From contig CAWIVH010000012.1 of NCBI GenBank assembly GCA_963839475.1, positions 407,711-471,710 on the forward strand: a stretch of DNA of 64,000 nucleotides, written 5' to 3'. This DNA comes from an uncultured Acidobacteriota bacterium. GTDB taxonomy: Bacteria > Acidobacteriota > UBA6911. The notes below the pieces were generated by a model that saw only the letters and a list, made by a program, of their open reading frames with translations, searched no databases and was not told the DNA's origin. Below, in pieces: positions 1 to 9,665 of the stretch (its first letter is position 1; the number at the start of each line of letters is the position of its first letter). Both the position numbers and the translations under genes were made by a program.

Positions 1-2282
1 GGTTCAATTGCGGGATCGAGCCGAAGCCGCAGTGTTCCGCTTGCTTCATCAATTCCGTGGAAGACACGATGGAATCGATTCTCGACCTGGCTCGGACTGA
101 GGGACGTCTGTTCAAGTGGGGCTCGGGCACGGGGACGAACCTGTCGCCCCTGCGGTCGTCGAAGGCGAAGCTTTCGGGCGGAGGCATCGCTTCCGGGCCG
201 GTAAGCTTTATGAAGGGTTTCGATGCGTTTGCGGGCGTCATCAAAAGCGGAGGAAAAACCCGTCGCGCCGCGAAGATGGTCATCCTGAACATCGATCATC
301 CCGATGTGGTCGAATTTATAGAATGCAAGGCGAAGGAGGAGAAAAAGGCCTGGGTTTTGATCGACAACGGATACGACCCGTCTGTTGACGGAGAGGCTTA
401 TTCCAGCATCTTCTTCCAGAACGCGAACAACAGCGTGCGCGTAACCGATGATTTCATGAAGGCCGTCGAAATGGACGGCGTCTGGCAAACACGGGAGCGC
501 AAAACGGGAGAGATCGCCAATGCCTACAAGGCGCGCGACCTGATGCGGAAGATCGGCGAATCGGCGTTCATCTGCGGCGATCCCGGCATGCAGTATGACA
601 CCACCATCAACCGATGGCACACCTGCAAGAACACCGCCGCCATCAATGCTTCGAATCCCTGCTCGGAATACATGTTCCTGGATGACTCAGCCTGCAACCT
701 GGCTTCCTTCAACCTCATGAAATTTGCCGACGGGCAGGGAAATTTCGATGTCGTCGGCTTCCGGAAGTCGGTGGATGTCGTCATTTCAGCGATGGAATTC
801 ATTGTTGGCAACGCCAGTTACCCGACAGAGAAAATTGCCGCCAACAGCCACGATTACCGCCCGCTTGGGCTGGGATACGCCAATCTTGGGGCCCTGTTGA
901 TGTCGGAAGGGCTGGCTTACGACAGCGATCAGGGTCGTGATTTTGCTGCATCGATCACCGCCGTTCTTACGGGAGAAGCGTATCTTCAGTCGGCCCGCAT
1001 TGCGGCTCACCTGGGGCCGTTCCAGGGCTACGCGAAAAACCGGGATTGTTTCCTGGAAGTCATGCGGATGCATCGCAACGCGGTGCAGAAAATCAACAGC
1101 GACAACGTCCCCAAGGAATTGCTGCGGGCAGCCCAGGAGTGCTGGGATGATGCCGTGCTCGAAGGCACGGTCCACGGCTACCGGAATGCGCAGGCCACGG
1201 TCTTGGCCCCGACCGGCACGATTGGATTCATGATGGATTGCGACACCACCGGCGTGGAACCGGACCTGGCGCTCGTTAAATTCAAGAAGCTGGTGGGTGG
1301 CGGGATGATGAAGATCGTCAACAACACCGTACCGGCGGCACTGGCGAAGCTAGGTTACTCGGAAAACCAGATCCAGGAGATCGACAACTGCATCAGGGAA
1401 AGCGGCACCATCGAGGGAGCGCCGTTTATAAAACCGGAACACCTGGCCGTGTTTGACTGCGCTTTCAAACCCCAAAAGGGGACCAGATCGATTCACTACA
1501 TGGGGCACATCAAAATGATGAGCGCCGTGCAGCCTTTTATTTCCGGCGCCATCTCCAAAACCGTGAATGTTCCGGAAAACGCCACGGTGGAAGAGATCAT
1601 GGAAACCTACATGCAGGCCTGGAAGCTGGGAGTAAAAGCGATCGCCATATACCGCGACAACTCCAAACGCACCCAGCCCTTGAACACCGGCGCCACCAAA
1701 GCCGCCAAGGATGCCGAGGCTCAGGTATTCAAGCCGGTGCGGCGGAAACTGCCGACTGAGCGCCGGGCGATCACCCATAAGTTCAGTATCGCCGGTCACG
1801 AAGGCTACCTGACTGTCGGGATGTATCCCGACAATCAGCCGGGAGAAATATTCCTGGTCATGGCCAAAGAAGGGAGCACGATTTCCGGGCTGATGGACAG
1901 CTTCGCCACAGCCATCTCCCTTACCCTGCAATACGGCGTTCCGCTCAAAATCCTGATCGACAAATTCTCCCACGTGCGGTTCGAGCCTTCCGGGCATACC
2001 GGGAATCCGGAGGTCCCGATTGCCAAATCGATCATCGATTATATATTCCGGTGGCTCGCGGCAAAGTTCCTTCCCCGCGATGAGCAGGTGAAGGCAGGTG
2101 TGAATGTACAGGACCTGCCGGCGGCATCCCAGGAGCCCGCTCCGGCAGCCCAGCACGAAGACCTCCGGGCTTATTATTCGCTGGCCGATGCGCCATCGTG
2201 CGCCGGATGCGGGAGCATCATGATTCGCAACGGGTCCTGCTATAAGTGTCCCAACTGCGGCGAGACCAGCGGCTGCTCCTGA
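1..2282 (+). CDS. nrdJ: Adenosylcobalamin-dependent (class II) ribonucleotide reductase, C-terminal part; gene starts upstream of the window
   Basis: Open in frame from nt 3 with no stop. The translation carries the class II RNR active-site region (NPCSEYMFLDDSACNLASFNLMKF) and a C-terminal CxxC...CxxC tail (CAGCGS...CYKCPNCG). Confidence 0.8.
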   Translation, partial: FNCGIEPKPQCSACFINSVEDTMESILDLARTEGRLFKWGSGTGTNLSPLRSSKAKLSGGGIASGPVSFMKGFDAFAGVIKSGGKTRRAAKMVILNIDHPDVVEFIECKAKEEKKAWVLIDNGYDPSVDGEAYSSIFFQNANNSVRVTDDFMKAVEMDGVWQTRERKTGEIANAYKARDLMRKIGESAFICGDPGMQYDTTINRWHTCKNTAAINASNPCSEYMFLDDSACNLASFNLMKFADGQGNFDVVGFRKSVDVVISAMEFIVGNASYPTEKIAANSHDYRPLGLGYANLGALLMSEGLAYDSDQGRDFAASITAVLTGEAYLQSARIAAHLGPFQGYAKNRDCFLEVMRMHRNAVQKINSDNVPKELLRAAQECWDDAVLEGTVHGYRNAQATVLAPTGTIGFMMDCDTTGVEPDLALVKFKKLVGGGMMKIVNNTVPAALAKLGYSENQIQEIDNCIRESGTIEGAPFIKPEHLAVFDCAFKPQKGTRSIHYMGHIKMMSAVQPFISGAISKTVNVPENATVEEIMETYMQAWKLGVKAIAIYRDNSKRTQPLNTGATKAAKDAEAQVFKPVRRKLPTERRAITHKFSIAGHEGYLTVGMYPDNQPGEIFLVMAKEGSTISGLMDSFATAISLTLQYGVPLKILIDKFSHVRFEPSGHTGNPEVPIAKSIIDYIFRWLAAKFLPRDEQVKAGVNVQDLPAASQEPAPAAQHEDLRAYYSLADAPSCAGCGSIMIRNGSCYKCPNCGETSGCS

Positions 2283-2377
2283 GTAATCGATTTCAGGAGT
2301 ACAGAGACGTATTTCCGCCCGTTAGAAAACCGCAAGCCGGATCGGATTGGGATACAGACAGGATTTGTCAATTATCA

Positions 2378-2434
2378 TTGGTCATTTAACGTTTTAAAAT
2401 TGGCTGGCTTCATTGGTCAATGGCTAATGACCAA
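2378..2434. promoter_or_regulatory. Candidate operator: TTGGTCA half-site (2378-2384) plus palindrome TTGGTCA-N8-TGACCAA (2413-2434) upstream of the secreted hydrolase gene
   Basis: Read directly from the sequence. A perfect 7-nt inverted repeat with an 8-nt spacer and a third half-site 29 nt upstream, about 60 nt before the 2493 start codon. Confidence 0.2.
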
Positions 2435-2492
2435 CGAGAGATGACATCTACAATCGGGTTTCGTTTCACGGCCGGGATGTTAGAATATCCCC

Positions 2493-5288
2493 ATGAAACG
2501 ACATCCCTTTTTGCCCGTATTTTGGTTTTGTCTGATTTCTTCAGCTTCGGCGCAGCAAAGAGTTCCCCCCTACGACCTGTGGACCGACCAGGTCATGGCC
2601 GACATCCGGAACGCCGGTACGCTTGAGGTCCAAGTCACTCCCCGCGCGGGCTATTACGATGTCTTTTTCACCTCGAACCCGGCCGCCGGCTATTTTGACT
2701 CCACCGCCCCCTACGCGAAACACACGAACGAAAAGATTCGCATTCACGCGTACCTGGCCCTGCCTCTGTTCGGGAGCGGCCCCTTCCCGGCCATCGTCAT
2801 CGGCCATGGGCACGGCGGACAAGCCGACCTCACGCTGACGCAGAATGTAGCTTTTCTTGGATATGTAGCTCTTTCCATTGATGGGCCTCAGGCCGGGCAA
2901 TCGACGGGTGGTCCGCGCGATGAAAACCAGGCGTGGATCTCGGTCGATGACGGCCCGCAATATAGCTATTTGTATCATTACGCCTATGCCGGCATGCGCG
3001 CGGTGACCTTGCTGGAGCACCTCTCCCGCCAAACCGGGAATCCTTACCGCATCGATGCCAACAAACTCGCAGCCCTGGGAGCCTCCATGGGTGGGCTCCT
3101 CACAACCTACATGAACGGGATCGACGCGCGCCTGAAAGCGGCGATCGCGATAGTTTCCGCGGGCAATTGGCCGACCGTTGTGAGATACCCCAACGGCTGG
3201 CTCTACCACGGACTCTATACCGCGACCCGGGACCTGCCCTACAACGGTGCGGACCCGATCAACTCGATTGAGAATGTGGACAACGACCCGACCGCCATAA
3301 CCTTCATGAATTACTTCGACCCGATCCGTTATGGGCCGCAGCAGCACGCCCCGATTCTGACCATCATCGGAACCCACGATGAATATTTCCCGTTCCCGGC
3401 TGCCAACCTGCAGCAGTTGGCCTTCGATTCGGCGGGCACGCACGCCAATTTCGAAAAACGACTCTGGTTGATTCCCAACGCCACGCACGGCCTCGAAAAC
3501 GCCAGTTCCCTGACGGGACTGGCTTCGGGTGCCCGTCAATGGCTGGAGTATGCATTCGGAAACCGGGCCAGGCCGTTAGCCACGCCCCGGATTGCCCTTT
3601 CGAGCGGCGGAGCCGGATTGCGTTTCGAGATTACTCTGGCGGAGACAGCAGCCAGGCTGGCTGGCGCCAGCATCGAGCTCCAGGTCGCGACAAAGGTCGA
3701 TTCGAGGGTAACGCCGATCAAAGATTTCAAAGCCTATGCGGCAACCTGGCAGGGAGACCGGTATGTCGCAACTCTGCCTCCCGGCGAGAAGACAGCGGCG
3801 GGAGACCTCATAACTGCGGACAACGCGCTTTATTTTGCCACGATAACCGATTCGGGAGGACTCCCGGTTTCTTCCCTGTTTTACAAGGGGCAGGAAATGC
3901 TGGATGCATCGAGTGCCTATCAGCCTGGAATCGACCCGTGGCCTTCGGACACGATCGTAGCGCCGGTGCCCCCGCCGCCTGCCGATGCGGCTGAAGCGGT
4001 TTCGAGCTCGATCCCGAACCCGAGCAACAGCGCCTACCAGGGGATGGCCTTGTCCAATCCCGGGAGCACCGGCAAAAGAGTGCGTGTTGAGGCACGCACG
4101 CCGGATGGCCGCATCGCCGCGGCGGAAGGTTTGATCAATCCTATTTCTCTTTACATCCCCGCGAACAGCCAGCAGGTTTTTGTAGCGGAAGAATGGTTCG
4201 GACGCGGCGCCGGTAAGTTTAACGGGAGCCTGCACGCCTTCTGGTCCGAATCGAATCAGTCCTCGCTTTCCTTCCGTGGATCCGTGGGTCCAACCGAACT
4301 CGATGGCATTGGGCCTGTGCGCGGCCTATCGGCCGGACTTTGGCTGCCGCTAATCCCTGAACAGGACCCGGCTGCAAATCGCAAAATCCGTATTTTCGGA
4401 GGAGCAACGGCTGCGGATGTGCAGATTATTTATCGCGACAGCAATGGTGAAGCCGCAGCAATTCCACCGGTGCAGGTCAAAGTGCCGGCGCGCGGCACGG
4501 CGGATGTGATACCCCCGATGTTCGTATATGCAGCCCAGCCCGCGTCAGCCGAAATCAAAGCGTCTTCCCCTCTTTCAGCCCGCATGGAAGTGAGCGGCGC
4601 GAAGGACACCTGGAGCGTCGAGGCGCGTTGGGTCCCATCGGCGACCCGTTACTTTCAGCCTCATACCGAATGGAACGGCACATTCACAACCCGGTTGGTT
4701 TTGCTCAATCCCTCTTCATCTGTGCGTGTGGTGCGGCCCCACCTGCGAACCAGAATCGGAGCTGAAGTCGGAATCGGTTCGACAGTCGAGATTAAGCCGT
4801 GGTCGGTCTTCACTTCGACCGTCGAATCGCTTTTTGGAGGGGCCGGAAGCCAGGCAGGGGCCGGTTGGATTGACATCGATTCGCCCGACGGTCCGATCCT
4901 GGTAGAAGCCTTGGCGGTGGATCTCCGCACGGGTGCGTCAGCCTCTTCAGCGGTTGAAGGCGGCGTCGCCGGGACTTTTTCAATGCCGTTTTATGTGGAG
5001 TCACTGGGCTATTGGACCGGGCTGGCGATTGTCAGCGCGGGCAACCTGGAGACCAACCTGACCATTCAAGCGCTGGACCGTGGAGGTAAGGTTCTGGGTT
5101 CCTGGGCGGAGAAACTGGGACCGCTGCAGAGCAGCACCAAACTTGTTTCTCAGTGGATCCAGGGCTTGCCGTTGGGAACTACGGGGCAGATTGTCATCAC
5201 CTCCTCCGCGCCTGCGGCCCTGCTGGCCTATTTTGGAACGGACGACGGCGCGGCCCTGGCAGCCATCCCGTTTACTCCGGTACCCTGA
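2493..5288 (+). CDS. Secreted alpha/beta-hydrolase fold protein (dienelactone-hydrolase / acetyl-xylan-esterase-like N-terminal domain) with a ~600-aa C-terminal extension
   Basis: N-terminal signal peptide MKRHPFLPVFWFCLISSASAQQ. GHGHGG oxyanion-type motif and a GASMGG nucleophile elbow (GxSxG). The long C-terminal region has no motif I recognise. Confidence 0.6.
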   Translation: MKRHPFLPVFWFCLISSASAQQRVPPYDLWTDQVMADIRNAGTLEVQVTPRAGYYDVFFTSNPAAGYFDSTAPYAKHTNEKIRIHAYLALPLFGSGPFPAIVIGHGHGGQADLTLTQNVAFLGYVALSIDGPQAGQSTGGPRDENQAWISVDDGPQYSYLYHYAYAGMRAVTLLEHLSRQTGNPYRIDANKLAALGASMGGLLTTYMNGIDARLKAAIAIVSAGNWPTVVRYPNGWLYHGLYTATRDLPYNGADPINSIENVDNDPTAITFMNYFDPIRYGPQQHAPILTIIGTHDEYFPFPAANLQQLAFDSAGTHANFEKRLWLIPNATHGLENASSLTGLASGARQWLEYAFGNRARPLATPRIALSSGGAGLRFEITLAETAARLAGASIELQVATKVDSRVTPIKDFKAYAATWQGDRYVATLPPGEKTAAGDLITADNALYFATITDSGGLPVSSLFYKGQEMLDASSAYQPGIDPWPSDTIVAPVPPPPADAAEAVSSSIPNPSNSAYQGMALSNPGSTGKRVRVEARTPDGRIAAAEGLINPISLYIPANSQQVFVAEEWFGRGAGKFNGSLHAFWSESNQSSLSFRGSVGPTELDGIGPVRGLSAGLWLPLIPEQDPAANRKIRIFGGATAADVQIIYRDSNGEAAAIPPVQVKVPARGTADVIPPMFVYAAQPASAEIKASSPLSARMEVSGAKDTWSVEARWVPSATRYFQPHTEWNGTFTTRLVLLNPSSSVRVVRPHLRTRIGAEVGIGSTVEIKPWSVFTSTVESLFGGAGSQAGAGWIDIDSPDGPILVEALAVDLRTGASASSAVEGGVAGTFSMPFYVESLGYWTGLAIVSAGNLETNLTIQALDRGGKVLGSWAEKLGPLQSSTKLVSQWIQGLPLGTTGQIVITSSAPAALLAYFGTDDGAALAAIPFTPVP

Positions 5289-5545
5289 AGGTGAGACGGA
5301 TGTATAGCTCGATTCATCGGAATCTTTCCGCGCAAAACCAACTCGAACCGTGAAGGCCACCAAGAAGCCGGATCATTACATGCGTTTTTTTTCGCGGTCT
5401 TCGCGGTTCAATTTGTCGAGCGTGCCAAATTCCCGGAGAGTAGGCTGGCAACTTAGTGCAAAAGTTAGATGCCCGGCTTCGTTTCCCGCTTCCGCCATTC
5501 GCAGGCTGAATCCCGCCATTCGCCGGATTTTGATTTGCATATGTC

Positions 5546-5560
5546 TGGCACGGTATTAGC
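5546..5560 (+). promoter_or_regulatory. Sigma-54-like -24/-12 element (TGGCAC-N5-TAGC) upstream of the ABC transporter operon
   Basis: TGGCACGGTATTAGC lies ~40 nt upstream of the 5602 ATG. GG and GC are spaced as in the TGGCAC-N5-TTGC consensus, with one mismatch. Confidence 0.2.
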
Positions 5561-5601
5561 CTGTCATCGAGCAGAAGCGGACAAAGGGGGTATCCAGGCT
5601 C

Positions 5602-6771
5602 ATGAAATACCTTCGCCTTCTCTGGAATAATATCTTCCGCAATCGTCGGCGCACCTTTCTCACGATCACCAGCATCGCCATTTCTCTGTTTTTGATCGCG
5701 ACCCTGGTCACGATGCTGCGGGAAATGGAAAATCCGCCCCAGACTCCGCACTCAGCCCTGAGGCTGCTCACGCGGCATCGGGTCTCCCTGGCCAACATCC
5801 TGCCGATGTCATACCGCGCCAAGATCGCACGCGTGGAAGGGGTCGATGCGGTTATAGGCTGCATGTGGTTCGGCGGAATCTACAAAGACCCGAAGAATTT
5901 CTTCGCCCAGTTTGCGGCCGATTCCGATCAGTTTTTTCAGATCTACGGTGATATGGAGCTCCCCGAAGAGCAGAAGACCGGGTATATAAAAGACCGCACC
6001 GGCGCCCTGGTGGGCCAGAATCTGGCTGATCGCTTTGGCTGGAAGCTCGGGGACCGGATTACGCTTCAGGGAGCTCTGTTTGATTTCAACCCGGAGTTGA
6101 CCATCCGAGCCATTTACTCCGGCGGCAGTGACGACGGCAGCACATTTTATTTCCATTGGGAATATTTCAACGAGGGGATGAAGCAGGTTTTCCCGGGCGG
6201 CGGCGAGGCCGCCAATTTTACGGGCTTTTACATGATCCGGGCAGCTTCGGCCGAAAAGGTGCCCGTGATTGCCGAAGCTGTAGACGATCTTTTCAAAAAC
6301 ACCAGCTCTCCTACCAAGACAGAAAGCGAGAAAGCTTTCCTGCTGGGATTTCTCGCCATGATGGGGAACATCCGGTTGCTGGTCACGAGCATCTGCTCGG
6401 TCATGATGTTCACCATTGTCCTGGTGGCGGCCAACACCATGGCCATGTCGATTCGCGAGCGCGTGCGCGAAATTGGAATCCTGAAAGCGCTGGGATTCAG
6501 GAAGCTTCAGGTGCTGTCCCTTCTTATCGGCGAATCGGTTTTCCTATCCCTGAGCGGATCGCTGCTCGGAGCATTGGGGGCCAAGGTGCTGTTTTCCAAG
6601 GCCAAGCTGGCGGCGGCCACCGGGGGAATGTTTCAGCAGCTCAACGTCCGTCCGGGCACCATTGCTTTTTGCGCCCTGCTGGGGATCGTGGTGGGAATAC
6701 TGTCGGCCGGCATCCCGGCGTGGCAGGCCGCAGGCCGGAAGGTTGTGGATTCACTGCGGGATGTGGATTGA
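5602..6771 (+). CDS. ABC transporter permease, FtsX/MacB-like family
   Basis: N-terminal TM helix, a large periplasmic domain, and a C-terminal 3-TM FtsX-type bundle (…LKALGFRKLQVLSLLIGESVFLSLSGSLLG…). Confidence 0.75.
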   Translation: MKYLRLLWNNIFRNRRRTFLTITSIAISLFLIATLVTMLREMENPPQTPHSALRLLTRHRVSLANILPMSYRAKIARVEGVDAVIGCMWFGGIYKDPKNFFAQFAADSDQFFQIYGDMELPEEQKTGYIKDRTGALVGQNLADRFGWKLGDRITLQGALFDFNPELTIRAIYSGGSDDGSTFYFHWEYFNEGMKQVFPGGGEAANFTGFYMIRAASAEKVPVIAEAVDDLFKNTSSPTKTESEKAFLLGFLAMMGNIRLLVTSICSVMMFTIVLVAANTMAMSIRERVREIGILKALGFRKLQVLSLLIGESVFLSLSGSLLGALGAKVLFSKAKLAAATGGMFQQLNVRPGTIAFCALLGIVVGILSAGIPAWQAAGRKVVDSLRDVD

Positions 6772-7948
6772 AGAAGGAGCGAGGAATCCAGTGAAAATAC
6801 CCATTCGGTACAATCTCGGCAGCCTGTGGGCACGGCGCACCGGGACCTTCATGGCGGTTTTGGGAATCGGGTTCACCGTCGCGATCTTCGTCACAATGAT
6901 GGCTCTGGTGAACGGGCTTGAATCGACCTTTGTCGACACGGGTCATGAAAACTGCCTCGTGGTTCTTAGGCAGGGGAGTCAGAACGAAAGCAACAGCTAC
7001 TTTGTGCGCGATCTGTTCCCTACCATCCGTTTCCTGCCGGGCGTGGCCAAGGCCGCCAACGGCGATCCTCTGGCGGTCGGCGAAAACATTGTGATCATCA
7101 ACAGCGAGCGCCTGAAGGGTGATTCCTCCAATGCCATCGTGCGCGGAACATCGGAGATGGCCTTTGCCCTCCGCCCCGAGGTGAAAATTGTTGAAGGCCG
7201 AGTTTTTCGTCCGGGTCTCCGGGAAATCATCGTGGCGCGATCGCTTTCCCGGCGTTTTAAAAACATGGCACTCGGGGATACCATCCATTTTGCCCGCAGC
7301 AATTGGAAAGTCGTGGGCATCTTCGACGCCGGCGGAACAGCGTATGACAGCGAGGTCTGGGCCGATTATTCCGAGATCTCCGACGATTGGGACCGCCCGA
7401 GCTACTCATCGGTTCTACTCAAAGCTGAAAACGGCGAAGCGGCGGAGCAAATCCGGAAGAAGATTGCCGCCGACCAGCGGATCAACCTGCAGGCGATCCC
7501 CCAGCAGAAATATTATGCCGATCAGACCTCGTCCTCCGTGGGGATAAAGTCCCTGGGTTACTTCATCGCGTTCGTCATGGGGATCGGCGCCAGTTTCGCC
7601 GCCATGAATATGATGTACGGAGCGGTCATCTCGCGTTCCAAGGAAATCGCCACGTTGCGGTCGATAGGGTTCCGGAGAAGGCACATCATGGCCTCGTTCA
7701 TGATGGAATCGCTGTTGCTGGGAGCCATGGGCGGGATCCTGGGATGCCTCATGGCGCTGCCGCTTCACGGGATCTCCTCCGGAACGGCCAATTTCCAAAC
7801 CTTCAGCGAGGTGCTGTTCAATTTCCGCATCACGCCGGCCATCCTTCTCAGGGGGATTCTTTTCGCCTCATTGGTCGGAGTGGTCGGCGGGTTCTTTCCC
7901 GCGCGACGCGCTTCCCGGGCCAAATTAATCGATATCATGAAACAGTAG
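6761..7948 (+). CDS. ABC transporter permease, FtsX/MacB-like family (second copy)
   Basis: Same architecture as the preceding gene (…LRSIGFRRRHIMASFMMESLLLGAMGGILG…). The start is ambiguous: ATG 6761 overlaps the upstream stop, and GTG 6791 has an AAGGAG SD at 6774-6779. Confidence 0.75.
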   Translation: MWIEEGARNPVKIPIRYNLGSLWARRTGTFMAVLGIGFTVAIFVTMMALVNGLESTFVDTGHENCLVVLRQGSQNESNSYFVRDLFPTIRFLPGVAKAANGDPLAVGENIVIINSERLKGDSSNAIVRGTSEMAFALRPEVKIVEGRVFRPGLREIIVARSLSRRFKNMALGDTIHFARSNWKVVGIFDAGGTAYDSEVWADYSEISDDWDRPSYSSVLLKAENGEAAEQIRKKIAADQRINLQAIPQQKYYADQTSSSVGIKSLGYFIAFVMGIGASFAAMNMMYGAVISRSKEIATLRSIGFRRRHIMASFMMESLLLGAMGGILGCLMALPLHGISSGTANFQTFSEVLFNFRITPAILLRGILFASLVGVVGGFFPARRASRAKLIDIMKQ

Positions 7949-7966
7949 CGGATAAGGATTGCACCC

Positions 7967-8677
7967 ATGAACGAACCACTCATCGACCTGAGAGGGCTGA
8001 CCAAAAACTTCAAGCGGGACAGCGTGGAAATCCACGTGCTGCGCGACATCAACCTCCAGGTGTTCCCTGGAGACTTCATCAGCTTGATGGGACCCTCAGG
8101 TTCCGGGAAAAGCACCCTGCTGAACATCATCGCCGGCATCGACCGCCCCAGCAGCGGAGAGCTGCGCATCCTGGACGACAATCTGCTTTCGATGAATGAA
8201 GACCAGCTTGCCACGTGGCGGAACCGGCATGTCGGCTTCGTCTTTCAGCATTTCAACCTGATCCCGGTCCTGACCGCTTTCGGCAATGTGGAACTGCCTC
8301 TGCTGTTGACGGGGTTGTCACGCAAGGAGAGGCGGGACCACGTGTTGACGGTTCTGGAACTGGTCGGCTTGTCCGACAGGGCGGATCATTACCCCCGCCA
8401 GCTCTCGGGAGGCCAGGAACAGCGCGTCGCAATTGCCCGTGCCATCGTAACAGACCCGACTTTTCTGCTCGCCGATGAACCGACAGGCGATCTGGACGCG
8501 GAATCAGCCGAAGAGGTGATGAAGGTCCTGGCCGGTCTGAATCGCGATGAAAACTTCCGCAAGACGATCATCCTGGTCACGCATGACCCGCGCGCAGCCG
8601 CGTATGCGCACACCCGCCATTACCTGGATAAAGGGGTGCTTGTCGCGAAAGGCCATTCTCCCGGGGTTGCTCCTTAA
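7967..8677 (+). CDS. ABC transporter ATP-binding protein (MacB/LolD-type)
   Basis: Walker [13 protein letters not shown] signature [14 protein letters not shown], Walker [13 protein letters not shown]. Confidence 0.9.
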   Translation: MNEPLIDLRGLTKNFKRDSVEIHVLRDINLQVFPGDFISLMGPSGSGKSTLLNIIAGIDRPSSGELRILDDNLLSMNEDQLATWRNRHVGFVFQHFNLIPVLTAFGNVELPLLLTGLSRKERRDHVLTVLELVGLSDRADHYPRQLSGGQEQRVAIARAIVTDPTFLLADEPTGDLDAESAEEVMKVLAGLNRDENFRKTIILVTHDPRAAAYAHTRHYLDKGVLVAKGHSPGVAP

Positions 8678-8695
8678 TGGAATGCCCCGGGGTAC

Positions 8696-9355
8696 TCAAG
8701 ACCACAGCAGAAGGTCCGGGACCTTGATCCCGGTGAAATCAGGAACGATCCGTCTCGCGCTGCTACCCATCAATTCTTCTGCGCTGTGAGTCGTGGCGAG
8801 GGCAATGCAGAGGCAGGCCGCCCGGGCCGCGGCCTCGATTCCGGCTGAGGAGTCTTCGAACACCACGCAATTTTGCGGCAGGATCTCCAGGCGCCGCGCC
8901 GCCAGAAGAAAAATATCCGGGTGCGGCTTGCTTCGGACAACCTCGGCGCCGGTGACAATAGCCTTCCACCGGTCTTCCAGGCGAATCGACTTCAGGACAG
9001 CCTCGACGTTTTCCCGCGGGCCGCTGGTGGCAATGGCAGCTTCGATGCCGGCGCCTTGGAGATCGTCGAGGAATGGCAACAATCCCGGAACCGGATCGAT
9101 GCCGGAGGCGATCATGCTGCGGTAAATCTCTTCCTTTCGCAGAGCATACTCGTCCGCCTGCTCGTCCGATATCCGGTGTCCCGTCAGGATTTTCAAGATT
9201 TCGCGGTTTCGCTGCCCAAACAGCGAGCGGATATCTCCGCTGCTGTATTCCCCGCCGATCTCCCGCCCGAAGGCCTGCCAGGCCTGTACGTGGATCTTCA
9301 CATTGTCGACAAGGACGCCGTCCATATCGAAAATCACGCCACGAATCATTCCCAT
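8696..9355 (-). CDS. HAD-superfamily hydrolase (beta-phosphoglucomutase / phosphatase-like)
   Basis: DxDG motif I in IRGVIFDMDGVLVD and a HAD C-terminal motif (FEDSSAGIEAARAA). A GGAGGA SD sits 5 nt upstream of the ATG at 9355; the longer ORF reaching 9433 is probably over-extended. Confidence 0.8.
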   Translation of the reverse strand: MGMIRGVIFDMDGVLVDNVKIHVQAWQAFGREIGGEYSSGDIRSLFGQRNREILKILTGHRISDEQADEYALRKEEIYRSMIASGIDPVPGLLPFLDDLQGAGIEAAIATSGPRENVEAVLKSIRLEDRWKAIVTGAEVVRSKPHPDIFLLAARRLEILPQNCVVFEDSSAGIEAAARAACLCIALATTHSAEELMGSSARRIVPDFTGIKVPDLLLWS

Positions 9356-9459
9356 TCCTCCGCGAAGGAGGATACGGGCACAGAGCCCTCTGCGCAAGAC
9401 TGCAAATTCAGTCGAACCGCCATATCCATGCATTTTGTTCCCGTGAGCAACATTTCTCT

Positions 9460-9538
9460 AACCACAAAGCGCACGAAGACTACTTACAATTGATTTTTAT
9501 TTTTAGTGTCTTCGAGTGCTTTGTGGTTTGATCCGGCG
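9460..9538. repeat. 21-nt near-perfect inverted repeat (AACCACAAAGCGCACGAAGAC ... GTCTTCGAGTGCTTTGTGGTT) around an AT-rich loop
   Basis: Read directly in the divergent intergenic region between the HAD gene (-) and the SPFH gene (+). Confidence 0.4.
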
Positions 9539-9665
9539 ATTCCCCGAATAATCGCGGGGCGGTGCTGTATTAGAGATCGATAGAATACTGTTGCGCGCCC
9601 GAGGGGGAGTTACTATGCTTTTCCGGGCCCCACCCCCGGGCGCCGCAAAACGGAGGATCTCGAAC

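Noticed and set aside
1350-2156. 268-aa minus-strand ORF inside nrdJ
   Set aside because: Antisense to a highly conserved gene. Composition typical of high-GC antisense frames.
2541-3539. 332-aa ORF on the minus strand inside the secreted hydrolase gene
   Set aside because: Antisense to a well-supported CDS. Arg/Gly/Pro-rich, as expected of spurious ORFs in high-GC DNA. No start context.
6156-6794. 212-aa plus-strand ORF in an alternative frame of the first FtsX permease
   Set aside because: Out-of-frame overlap with a TM-rich, motif-bearing permease. Arg/Gly-rich artefact.
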